Shown here piece after piece: positions 40,546 through 50,018 of a stretch of DNA of 64,000 nt (position 1 is the stretch's first letter; every line of letters starts with the position of its first letter). Source of the stretch: Tubiluchus corallicola (lineage: Eukaryota; Animalia; Priapulida); NCBI GenBank assembly GCA_030141605.1, contig JAQGDQ010002404.1, positions 1-64,000 of the forward strand, written 5' to 3'. The position numbers and the translations under genes were made by a program. The notes under the pieces were generated by a model that had not been told where the DNA came from, searched no databases, and saw only the letters and a list, made by a program, of their open reading frames with translations.

Positions 40546-40745
40546 TATTAAAGCAATAGTAAAATGGAAAAAAACGTGCAAGGTTGCTTCTTTTTTTCAA
40601 TGCCCTAAAAATGGAAGTACCCATTTTTAAACTATTCATAGGTTTTAGTTGCGGCTTAGCTGTGTGTGTACTGTTTGTTCTAAAGCAGGTGCTATAAAAG
40701 TATGGAAGGAGAAGAGGGTTTATGGTTGCATAGATTTTTTCCTCA

Positions 40746-40776
40746 TTTGGCAGAAAGCTAAAAAAGATTACATTTG
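40746..40776 (+). promoter_or_regulatory. Canonical Bacteroidota sigma-A promoter (-33 TTTG, 19-bp spacer, -7 TACATTTG)
   Basis: TTTG at 40746-40749 and TACATTTG at 40769-40776, just upstream of GTG 40815. Confidence 0.7.
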
Positions 40777-40814
40777 CACTGTTCTGGACAAAATTTATAG
40801 AAAAAAAAATAATC

Positions 40815-42056
40815 GTGGATATTTTTAGTAAGATTAAATCTAAGGGCGATCTTGGAAAATACCAGAAAGATGCACACGGGTACTTTGCATTTCCTAAGCT
40901 GGGGGGAGAGATTCATCCTCGTATGAAGTTTAGAGGTAAAGAGGTACTTACGTGGAGTTTGAATAATTATCTTGGGCTGGCTAATCATCCGAAGGTGCGT
41001 AATACTGATAGTGAGGCTACTGCTAAGTACGGCATGGCATATCCTATGGGTGCCAGGATGATGTCTGGGCATACTAGTAAGCATGAGGAGCTTGAGCAGC
41101 AGTTGTCGGAGTTTGTAGGTAAGCCCGATACTTTCCTGCTAAATTATGGTTATCAGGGTATGGTGTCTATTATAGATGCTTTGTGTGGAAGGCATGATGT
41201 TATCGTTTATGATGCTGAGTCTCATGCTTGTATTGTTGACGGGGTACGCCTGCACATGGGTAAGCGTTTTGTTTTTCTCCACAATGATATGGATAGCCTT
41301 AGTAAGCAACTGGGTCATGCAGCAAGGGTGGTGGAGAAGACAGGAGGGGGTATTTTGGTTATCACAGAGGGTGTTTTTGGTATGGCCGGTGATCTTGGCA
41401 AGTTGGATGAGATTATCTCCATGAAGAAGAAGTACAATTTCAGGCTACTGGTAGATGATGCTCACGGTTTTGGAACAATGGGCAAGCTGGGTGCGGGAAC
41501 AGGTTTACACTTTGGAGTACAGGACGATATAGATCTTTATTTTGGGACATTTGCTAAGGCGATGGCAGGTATCGGGGGTTTTGTGTCATGTGACGAGGAG
41601 GTTTGCAACTTTTTGCGTTATAATATGCGCTCTCAGACTTTTGCCAAATCGTTACCGATGCCGATGGTAATAGGTGCTCTAAAAAGACTTGAGTTGATAC
41701 GTTCAAATCCCGAGTTTGTAGAGCGGCTGTGGGTAATAGTGTGTGCTCTTCAGAAGGGGCTGAGAGAGAATGGGTTTAATCTTGGAAATACCAGTTCTCC
41801 CGTAACTCCTATATATCTTTCTGGGAGTGTTCCTGAGGGCACTAATGTGGTAATGGATCTTCGTGAAAATTACAATATTTTTTGCTCAATAGTTATATAT
41901 CCCGTTATTCCTAAGGGGCAGCTGTTATTGAGACTTATTCCGACAGCCATGCACTCGCTTGAGGATGTAGAGTATACTATTAAGGTGTTTTCAGAGGTGA
42001 GGAGAAAGCTTAAGGAGGGAAAGTATTCAACAGAGCAGATGGCGCAGATGCTTTAG
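40815..42056 (+). CDS. PLP-dependent alpha-oxoamine synthase; probable cysteate-fatty-acyl transferase of capnine/sulfonolipid synthesis
   Basis: NNYLGLA, GARMMSG, SHACIVDG, EGVFGM.G, VDDAHGFG and GTFAK (PLP lysine). The N-terminal AHGYFAFPKL.GEI.P.M.FRGK resembles, from memory, the Alistipes/Flavobacterium sulfonolipid enzymes more than BioF, KBL or SPT. Confidence 0.8.
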   Translation: MDIFSKIKSKGDLGKYQKDAHGYFAFPKLGGEIHPRMKFRGKEVLTWSLNNYLGLANHPKVRNTDSEATAKYGMAYPMGARMMSGHTSKHEELEQQLSEFVGKPDTFLLNYGYQGMVSIIDALCGRHDVIVYDAESHACIVDGVRLHMGKRFVFLHNDMDSLSKQLGHAARVVEKTGGGILVITEGVFGMAGDLGKLDEIISMKKKYNFRLLVDDAHGFGTMGKLGAGTGLHFGVQDDIDLYFGTFAKAMAGIGGFVSCDEEVCNFLRYNMRSQTFAKSLPMPMVIGALKRLELIRSNPEFVERLWVIVCALQKGLRENGFNLGNTSSPVTPIYLSGSVPEGTNVVMDLRENYNIFCSIVIYPVIPKGQLLLRLIPTAMHSLEDVEYTIKVFSEVRRKLKEGKYSTEQMAQML

Positions 42057-42145
42057 GGAGTGAATGGTATTGATGAGTATAGTATTATAGGCTGACGGCT
42101 TTGCTATCTATCAAAGCCCTTTAAGAGCAGTTTTTTCTGTTTTGC

Positions 42146-42408
42146 AGAGTTTATAAGATTCATCTGATTTTGTTTTGACGATTTTCCTATCATAATCTGT
42201 AAAGTTTTGCATGTAAGTTATAGTAAGTTCTTGCATTTTAGGTCACTATAATTTGTTGAGGTTTTAAATTCTATATTGATAATATTGAGCAGGTTGGGAT
42301 TAATTTCAGGAGCGGATAAATAATAAAGTGAGGTCTTTGCGAAGGTCTCAAAGCATAAAGAGGTTGCAAGTTTGATGGCTGCAACCTCTTTTATTATTTT
42401 ATCTGTTT
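42146..42408. repeat. Left copy of the 263-bp target-site duplication
   Basis: Identical to 44056-44318; contains the hairpin AAAGAGGTTGCA...TGCAACCTCTTT. Confidence 0.95.
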
Positions 42409-44055
42409 CCTGTTTTGTGCACCACAACGACGCCCCAAGAATGCACTATTGATTATCAGCAAGATAGGAATTTCAAATTTGCATTTTGGGTGCTGCATGC
42501 TTAATTTTATGCATGTTTGTCCGAAAAAATAAGAATCGGGAGTGGTTCTGTGAGTGTACAGATAATCTCAAAAAATCATGGTAAATATAAGGTTGTAAAA
42601 ACCGTAGGTTGCGCAAAAACAAAGCGGGAAGAAGAATTGCTTTTATTGCTTGCCAACACAGAGATAGAGCGGCTTAGGGGCATGCAATCGCTTTTTGTTG
42701 AACACGATGATTTGGTGGTTGAAAACTTTGTGGGCAGCATTGCAAACAATCATTTACAAGTTGTAGGAAGTGAATTAATTTTAGGCAAAATTTATCAAGT
42801 CTTTAACTTTCCGGATGATGGGTGCTGCAATTATTTTCGCAACCTGGTATTATGTCGGTTAGTGTACCCGGGAAGCAAATTAAAAACCGTTGACTATTTT
42901 AGACAGCACCTGAATACAGATGTTAGCGTACACACTATTTATCGTTTCCTTGACGAGCTAAATACAAGTTTAAAGCCACAAATTGAACAACTTACCTTTA
43001 AGCACACCAGGAAGCTACTAAAAGGAAAGATAAGTGTCGCATTTTATGATATGACCACATTGTATTTTGAGGCATCAGAAGAAGATGACTACCGTATTCC
43101 CGGATTCAACAAAGATGGCAAGCATCAACAACCGCAAATAATGATAGGTTTACTGGTGGGTAAATATGGATACCCGATTGGCTATCAAATATTCGAGGGA
43201 AACACCTCTGAAACAAAAACACTAATCCCTGTTCTGGAAGCCTTTCAAAATAAATTTAATATCGAAAGGCCTATTGTAGTTGCCGATGCAGCTTTACTCT
43301 CGCAGAAGAACATAAATGCCTTGATTGAAAACAAATACGAGTACATACTTGGAGGACGGATAAAGAATGAAAGTCAAAAAATAAAAGAAAAAATTATAAC
43401 TCTTGATATTAAAGAAAACAAGCCAGTTGAGTTGAAAAACAAGAATGGAAGGTTGATTATCAGCTTCTCAGAAAAAAGAGCCTTCAACGATAAAAAAACA
43501 GAGAGAAGGGCTTAAAAAGACTTGAAAAACGTGTTGCTTCCGGCAAGCTAACAAAGAATCGCATAAATAATCGCGGGTATAATAAATATCTGAATCTGTC
43601 GGGGGAGATTGCCGTTAAAATCGACTACGATAAGTTCCAGTCAGATAGAGTTTGGGATGGGTTGAAGGGTTATGTAACCAATACCCATTTACCGAGAAAA
43701 GATGTTATCGGGAATTATAGTCAGTTGTGGCAAGTGGAAAAAGCTTTTCGTATATCAAAAACTGATTTACGAATACGGCCAGTTTATCACCGCTTAAAAG
43801 AACGCATTGAAGCCCATATCTGTATTTGTTTCACAGCCTATGCCATTTACAAAGAGCTGGAAAGGTTATTGAAGGCAAATAATATTGATATCTCTGCTGA
43901 AAAAGCCTTGGAACAAATCCGGCAGATCAGGCAGCTGCAATACACTCTGCCCAAATCGAAACAAGTCAGAACAAAAATATTACAGCCAACTGAAATGCAA
44001 AAAAAGTTGTTAAATATGAAATTATAAACTTGGGTGCTGCAATGCACAAAACAGG
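42409..44055 (+). mobile_element. IS1634-family insertion sequence
   Basis: Terminal IRs CCTGTTTTGTGCA / TGCACAAAACAGG, flanked by 263-bp direct repeats. Confidence 0.93.
42513..44027 (+). pseudogene. IS1634-family transposase with two frameshifts
   Basis: MFVRKNKNR/SGSVSVQII, FYDMTTLYFE, GFNKDGK, VVADA, WDGLKGYVTN and VEKAFRISKTDLRIRP motifs. There is an extra G near 42538-42540 and a missing A in the run at 43492-43498. Confidence 0.88.
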
Positions 44056-44318
44056 AGAGTTTATAAGATTCATCTGATTTTGTTTTGACGATTTTCCTAT
44101 CATAATCTGTAAAGTTTTGCATGTAAGTTATAGTAAGTTCTTGCATTTTAGGTCACTATAATTTGTTGAGGTTTTAAATTCTATATTGATAATATTGAGC
44201 AGGTTGGGATTAATTTCAGGAGCGGATAAATAATAAAGTGAGGTCTTTGCGAAGGTCTCAAAGCATAAAGAGGTTGCAAGTTTGATGGCTGCAACCTCTT
44301 TTATTATTTTATCTGTTT
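44056..44318. repeat. Right copy of the 263-bp target-site duplication
   Basis: Identical to 42146-42408. Confidence 0.95.
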
Positions 44319-44473
44319 AACCAGAGTTTGAAGATTTCCTGTTTTGATATTTTCGAAGTTCATATTTTTATTAATATTCTCTTCAAAATCTTCATTTACA
44401 ACAGTAAGTTGTGGGTTTTCATTGGATTTTTCCTCATTCTGAGCTAAGTTTTTTATTTTTTTAAGATCTCATT

Positions 44474-46180
44474 TTAGTAATAGCCTTCATTCTGTTTTAA
44501 GACAGGGTTGTTATTAGCTATAGACAGGTCGATCTGAGTTTGCGGGATAGGCCAGATTTCGTGTTGTCCTTTGGAAAATGTTTTGCCGGAAAGGTGTACC
44601 ATAACTGTTCCTTCTACACTGAGGTAGTCATTCATAGTATCTCCTGCTATTCCCCAGCGTACGAGATCAAAGAAACGCATTCCCTCCATGGCAAATTCCA
44701 GGCGGGTTTCGTGGCGAATAGCTTTCAGTGCATACTCTTTGGAAGGGAAGTCTTCCGTATACGGTTCAACTTTATAGTTTGCGGCCGGAGCTCCATCGTC
44801 AAATCTTACTACGTTTGAGGATTTTGCTCTGTTGCGTATTTCATTTACCAAAGAGGTTGCGCGAGTCAAAGATCCTATTTCTGCTTCACATTCAGCCAGC
44901 CACAAAATTACATGTCCCAGTCTGAATTTACGAAAGTTGTTACTGTTAACGCCTGTTGTCCATCCTGTAGATGTTTGAGCTGTAGCTTTTTCTGCCTCTT
45001 TAAACATGTTTTTTTTGTATAAGTACGGGCCTCCGTTGGATGGTTCGCGTATCCATGAGTTTCCTTCCATTATTCCCCAGTCTAGGTAGGGAATTCCTGG
45101 GCGTCCGACAGTGTGGTCGAGCCGGGGATCAATGGTTCCTTTATACTGTTTGTCAGGCTCGGGATCGAATGGCAGCATGTCGTCTGCTGAGTAGGTGTCG
45201 TTAAGCAGAGGCAGCCCCGTATTATCGTCAACCCTATAGGCGCTTACGAGGCTATGTGTGGGTTGAAAGAAGCCACAGCAGGTTCCTGTTGGAGCTCCCC
45301 CGAAAGGGTAGTTAAGGGCATCACCCCAGCCTCCGTTATACGAGCCGTTGGAGCCATCGTTTACAGCATACTGTATCTCGAATATTGATTCTTTGTTATT
45401 GTTGTGGTTGATTTCATAATTCATCTCATAACTTTCAACTAGCTGAAATACCCCACTGGAGTAGACATCGTCCAGCACCGGTTTTGCCATATTAAATTTT
45501 CCTTGAAACATGTAGACGCGGGCCAGATAGGTTTTTGCTGCCCATTGTGTTGCACGCCCTTTATCACTTCCCCAGTTATCTGGCAGGTTGTCTACTGCAA
45601 ACTCCAGGTCACTCTCTATTTCACTCCATACGAGCCTGTCATTTGGTACAGTATGTGGCTCTTCTGTGTTTTCGTCAATGTATGGTACCTTCCCATGTAC
45701 CAGTGTAAGTTCGACATAGAAATGTGCTCTGAGAAATTTTGCCTGGGCTTCAGCCTGAGCTTTTTCTTTTTCACTCATATCATCCGCCTTAACAGTAGCC
45801 AGCAAAACATCATTAGCACGGCGAATACCATCATAAAGCGGCTCCCAGTGGTTTTTTACATACGTATTTTCAGCGTCAACATAAAATCCCTCAATAGGGT
45901 TAATACTGGGCTGGTCACCAGATGATGAACCCTTGTATGCATCATCTGAGGCAACACTGCCCCAAACCCAGTTAGAAACGGCGCTTGCCCAGTTGTCTGC
46001 ACTTGGGCGATTTGTTCCGTCAACAACAGCATAGGTGCCGGTTAATAGGGCATTTACACCTTCTTTATTATAAAGTAGTTCAACATGAGCCTGCCCTTTG
46101 GGTTTAATCTCAAACCAGGAGTCAGAGCAGGAGTATAAAACAATTGTTACTAGTGCTATAATAATATATGTCTTTTTCAT
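44474..46180 (-). CDS. RagB/SusD family nutrient-binding lipoprotein
   Basis: Lipobox LYSC, AQAKFLRAHFY, GRAT..AA, ESIFEIQY and ETRLEFAMEG.RFFDLVRWG motifs, ending in QN.GY. Confidence 0.95.
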   Translation of the reverse strand: MKKTYIIIALVTIVLYSCSDSWFEIKPKGQAHVELLYNKEGVNALLTGTYAVVDGTNRPSADNWASAVSNWVWGSVASDDAYKGSSSGDQPSINPIEGFYVDAENTYVKNHWEPLYDGIRRANDVLLATVKADDMSEKEKAQAEAQAKFLRAHFYVELTLVHGKVPYIDENTEEPHTVPNDRLVWSEIESDLEFAVDNLPDNWGSDKGRATQWAAKTYLARVYMFQGKFNMAKPVLDDVYSSGVFQLVESYEMNYEINHNNNKESIFEIQYAVNDGSNGSYNGGWGDALNYPFGGAPTGTCCGFFQPTHSLVSAYRVDDNTGLPLLNDTYSADDMLPFDPEPDKQYKGTIDPRLDHTVGRPGIPYLDWGIMEGNSWIREPSNGGPYLYKKNMFKEAEKATAQTSTGWTTGVNSNNFRKFRLGHVILWLAECEAEIGSLTRATSLVNEIRNRAKSSNVVRFDDGAPAANYKVEPYTEDFPSKEYALKAIRHETRLEFAMEGMRFFDLVRWGIAGDTMNDYLSVEGTVMVHLSGKTFSKGQHEIWPIPQTQIDLSIANNNPVLKQNEGYY

Positions 46181-46218
46181 AATTTATATGTGTTTTTAAT
46201 TTATAAAAACTATCAGGG

Positions 46219-49200
46219 TTACAAGTTCAGGTTTATCCCAAAAAGAAACATTTGTGAGGTGGGGTAAACACCCTCATCCACGCCAATATGGCGATCTGCA
46301 TTATCGCCATTGTTGATAATCTCAGGGTCGAGTCCACTGTATCCGGTAATTGTAAGCAGATTTGTTGCTTGTGCATAAAGCCTTAAACGCTCAATGCCCC
46401 ATTTAGAGGTTACTTCTGCCGGGATGGTATAGCCAATTTGTAGGTCCTTTATGCGGAGGTAAGAGCCATCTTCAACAAAGAAAGTTGAGGTTCTTTGCAT
46501 CACTTCGTCATCTTTAAGTGCGATAGGCATTGTAATTTTATCTCCGTTTTCATAACGTTCGGCTGTCCATGATTCATAGAGTCTTTGTGTGCTACGATTT
46601 CCCTGAAAGTTGCTAAATAGTATCCACCGGTTTACATAGTTTATCAGTTTATTGCCTTGTGACCCCTGAATAAACATTGTCATATCCCAGCTTTTATACT
46701 GTGAGCCAATGTTTAGCCCATAAGTAAAATCGGGGTGTGGGCTGCCTATAAAGGTGCGATCCTCCGATGTTATCTTGCCATCGCCGTTCACATCTTTATA
46801 TTTGAATACTCCGGGGCGGCTATAGCTGTCAACTCCATCTTTATCAGGGTTATATGGGCTATGTGCAGCGATCTCTTCTGCTGTGTTGAAAATACCTTCA
46901 ACCACATATCCATAGAAGGAAGATATGGGTCTACCACTTGTACTTGCGGTGTATATGTTTTGACGAAGCTCATCTCCCCAGAGAATTTCGTTCGAGTTAT
47001 CATTAAGTTTTGTGATTTCGTTTTTGTAGTGGGAGATGCTGGCACGGATATCAAAATAGAAGTCATTACCTGCCTGTCCGTGATAAGTGATCATCAGATC
47101 ACACCCTCTGTTTTTCATCTCGCCAACATTTATGGCAGGAAGTACCAAATATCCATACACACTGGGAAGTTGTTGTTTGTAAAGCATATCTGTGGTCAGA
47201 CGGTTATACCAGTCGAAATTGACCTGCAGTTTACTGTCAAATACCGTAATATCGAGGCCAACATTGGTGGTTGTGGTAGATTCCCATTTTCCATCCAGGT
47301 TACCCAGCTTATAGCGGTGGAATCCTGGCACCGTGGATGTGTTTGATCCTGACAGGCTGTAGTATGATTCGTTAATATGAGCCCGATAGGTGCTGTAGCT
47401 ATTGTAGTTTCCACCAACGTTGTCATTACCATTTTGGCCCCAGCCTATTCTTAATTTAAGGTCGTTAAGCCAGCCATACTCTGTCAAAAAAGATTCTTCA
47501 GATATTCTCCACCCAGCAGAGAGTGCGGGGAATGTTCCCCATCGATGCGTTTTTGCAAATCTTGAAGAGCCATCACGACGTAAAACAGCTTCTAGAAGAT
47601 ACTTATCTCTAAAGCTGTAGTTTATTCTGCCAAAGTAGGAAAATGTAAACCATTCGTCAAAGGATCCTGTCGCGGTCTGATCGGATTCTCCCGAGTCTAA
47701 GACCATGTAGTCTGTATCTGTCATAAAGTATACACTCCGGCTTGCATTAAACCACTCCCAGTAGTCGCTAACGCATTCAGATCCCAGCAGCACCTTAATG
47801 TTATGTATATCATCAATAGTAGTGCTAAAATTAAGTGTGTTTGACCAGTTCCACTGGATTCCTCCTTCAAACTTCTGTGTTAGTTGGTCGTTAGGTTTTC
47901 CTTCTGAAAATTCCGGATCCATAATGCGCCGGTCCTGTTCGCGCGTGCTATTGTAATCGACACCAAACAGAGTTCGAAACGTAAGGTTTTTAGGTAGGTT
48001 TAGCTGTGCATATACATTTGCGAGTATACGCATTTCCCGAACATAATCATCCTTGTTGCGAGTGAGTACAGCTACGGGGTTTTGTGCGTTACCTGTTGTT
48101 GCAGCCTGTGTTCCGGCAAAGTTGCCTTTAATATCATAAACTGGAATGATAGGTTGCATTCTATAAGCCCAAGAGACAGAGTTTCCCTCATCATTATTAC
48201 CAAATCCATTACGGTTGACATATGAAGCTCCGAGGCTTTCCCCTATTTCCAGCCAGTCTGTAACTTTAGCATCAGCGTTAGAGCGTAGGGAGAATCGCTC
48301 AAAACCGGTGTGCATAACTATTCCTTCCTGTTCCATATATCCGGCAGAAAAAGCGTAGTTGCTGTTTTCGCTTCCTCCCGACAGGCCTATGTTGTATTCC
48401 TGCACAGGGGCAAGGTTAAATATCTCATCGTACCAGTTAGTGCCTTGCTTGTTAGCACGAGTAATGCCATTGTAGGGACTTGGGTATGAATAGCTACTTT
48501 CATCCACTTCGCCTTCCATCTTGCCTGCAGGTATTATATAGTCGGGAATAATGGGTGTTTCTCCATACCCTAACTGTTCATTTCCCCAGCCATTATCTCC
48601 CGGATTTAATCCCGCATTGCGGTTTTCCATCCACAAAAGATCCGCATACTCTTGGGTATTCAACAGGTCCAGTTGATTGGTGGCGCGTTGTATCCCGAAA
48701 CGCGCATCGAAACTAAGTCTTGTCTTTCCCGGTTTTCCACGCTTTGTAGTAATAATAATAACTCCATTAGCAGCACGAACACCGTATATAGCTGAGGAGG
48801 AAGCATCTTTAAGCACCGACATGGATTCAATATCGTTGGGATTGATTTTACTTAGTCCGTCAGTTGAAGGCACCCCGTCAATAATGTATAGCGGATCGTT
48901 GTTGTTTACAGATCCAATGCCACGAACACGCACGGTAGCTTCTCCTCCGGGAGAGTTATCATTGGTTATTGTAACACCTGCAACCCTTCCTTGTATACGT
49001 GAAGCTGCATTAGCTACAGGAATCGAGCGTAGCTCATCTTCTGAGACAGAGGTAACAGCACCTGTCAAGGTTTTCTTTTGCTGGGTACCGTAGCCAACAA
49101 TAATAACTTCGTCAACATTAATAATGTCTGATTTCATGGTTACGTTAATATTGGTTCGGTCCCCAATTTCAGCATCTTGTGTTAGCATACCAATGTAGGA

Positions 49201-49458
49201 GAATACCAATACATTAGCATCAGCAGGTATTTGGGACAAATTGTATTTCCCCTCCCAGTCTGTGATTACCCCTATAGTTGTACCTTTAACCATTACTGTT
49301 ACTCCCGTAATAGGGTTCCCGTTCTCTTCTGTTACGGTACCACTAATTGTCTTTTGCTGAGCGGAAAGTGCCCCTCCTGTCAGCATAAAAAGGAGCATAA
49401 TATAAGTGCTCCACCAACTCTTTGTTTTTGAAATGAAACTTAGACTTATTTTCCTCAT
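46219..49458 (-). CDS. SusC/RagA family TonB-dependent transporter
   Basis: CarboxypepD_reg N-terminus, VGYGTQ.K..LTGAV, PLYIIDGVP, INPNDIESMSVLKDASS.AIYG.RAANGVIIITTKRG and EDGSYLR motifs. The start was chosen at ATG 49458. Confidence 0.95.
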   Translation of the reverse strand: MRKISLSFISKTKSWWSTYIMLLFMLTGGALSAQQKTISGTVTEENGNPITGVTVMVKGTTIGVITDWEGKYNLSQIPADANVLVFSYIGMLTQDAEIGDRTNINVTMKSDIINVDEVIIVGYGTQQKKTLTGAVTSVSEDELRSIPVANAASRIQGRVAGVTITNDNSPGGEATVRVRGIGSVNNNDPLYIIDGVPSTDGLSKINPNDIESMSVLKDASSSAIYGVRAANGVIIITTKRGKPGKTRLSFDARFGIQRATNQLDLLNTQEYADLLWMENRNAGLNPGDNGWGNEQLGYGETPIIPDYIIPAGKMEGEVDESSYSYPSPYNGITRANKQGTNWYDEIFNLAPVQEYNIGLSGGSENSNYAFSAGYMEQEGIVMHTGFERFSLRSNADAKVTDWLEIGESLGASYVNRNGFGNNDEGNSVSWAYRMQPIIPVYDIKGNFAGTQAATTGNAQNPVAVLTRNKDDYVREMRILANVYAQLNLPKNLTFRTLFGVDYNSTREQDRRIMDPEFSEGKPNDQLTQKFEGGIQWNWSNTLNFSTTIDDIHNIKVLLGSECVSDYWEWFNASRSVYFMTDTDYMVLDSGESDQTATGSFDEWFTFSYFGRINYSFRDKYLLEAVLRRDGSSRFAKTHRWGTFPALSAGWRISEESFLTEYGWLNDLKLRIGWGQNGNDNVGGNYNSYSTYRAHINESYYSLSGSNTSTVPGFHRYKLGNLDGKWESTTTTNVGLDITVFDSKLQVNFDWYNRLTTDMLYKQQLPSVYGYLVLPAINVGEMKNRGCDLMITYHGQAGNDFYFDIRASISHYKNEITKLNDNSNEILWGDELRQNIYTASTSGRPISSFYGYVVEGIFNTAEEIAAHSPYNPDKDGVDSYSRPGVFKYKDVNGDGKITSEDRTFIGSPHPDFTYGLNIGSQYKSWDMTMFIQGSQGNKLINYVNRWILFSNFQGNRSTQRLYESWTAERYENGDKITMPIALKDDEVMQRTSTFFVEDGSYLRIKDLQIGYTIPAEVTSKWGIERLRLYAQATNLLTITGYSGLDPEIINNGDNADRHIGVDEGVYPTSQMFLFGINLNL

Positions 49459-50018
49459 AGATTTAAAGTATTTAAAAATTAATAATAAATTTATTTTCGC
49501 TTTTAAAAGCAACGCCCTTTCGGGAAAATTCCAGGCTATACAGAAACGACATAGTTTATCCCAAATGGGAGCTAAACCAGAAAGAGAGACACGCTAAGTT
49601 TTTAAATTTGGTTTTGTACAATGAGCCCTTTGCAATACTCATTTTTTCTTTAAAGTTCTCTTCAAAGCCTTTATTTTACATCAGTAAATTGCGACTTTTT
49701 ATTGAAATTTTTCTTGATTTGAATCAAAGCGCTTTGTTTTGTAATGGCCTCATATTGTTTAGTTTAGTATATTATATTATGGCAAAGAGCTATAACGATT
49801 TGTAGCTTTACCAGGTATTAAATTTTATTTACAATATAGTTAAAAAAGTTTAAATACTTATTTTAAGGAAATGAAAGCTGTGGGAAAGTCTTACGGTTAT
49901 TAAATTGGAATAGAATAGAGTGTAGGTGTGTTTTTGCCTTGCGAAGGTTTCATCATATGGTTTTATAAGCAATAGGGGAGTGAAGGCTGAGTGTTTAGAC
50001 AGGTGTGATTATCATGTT

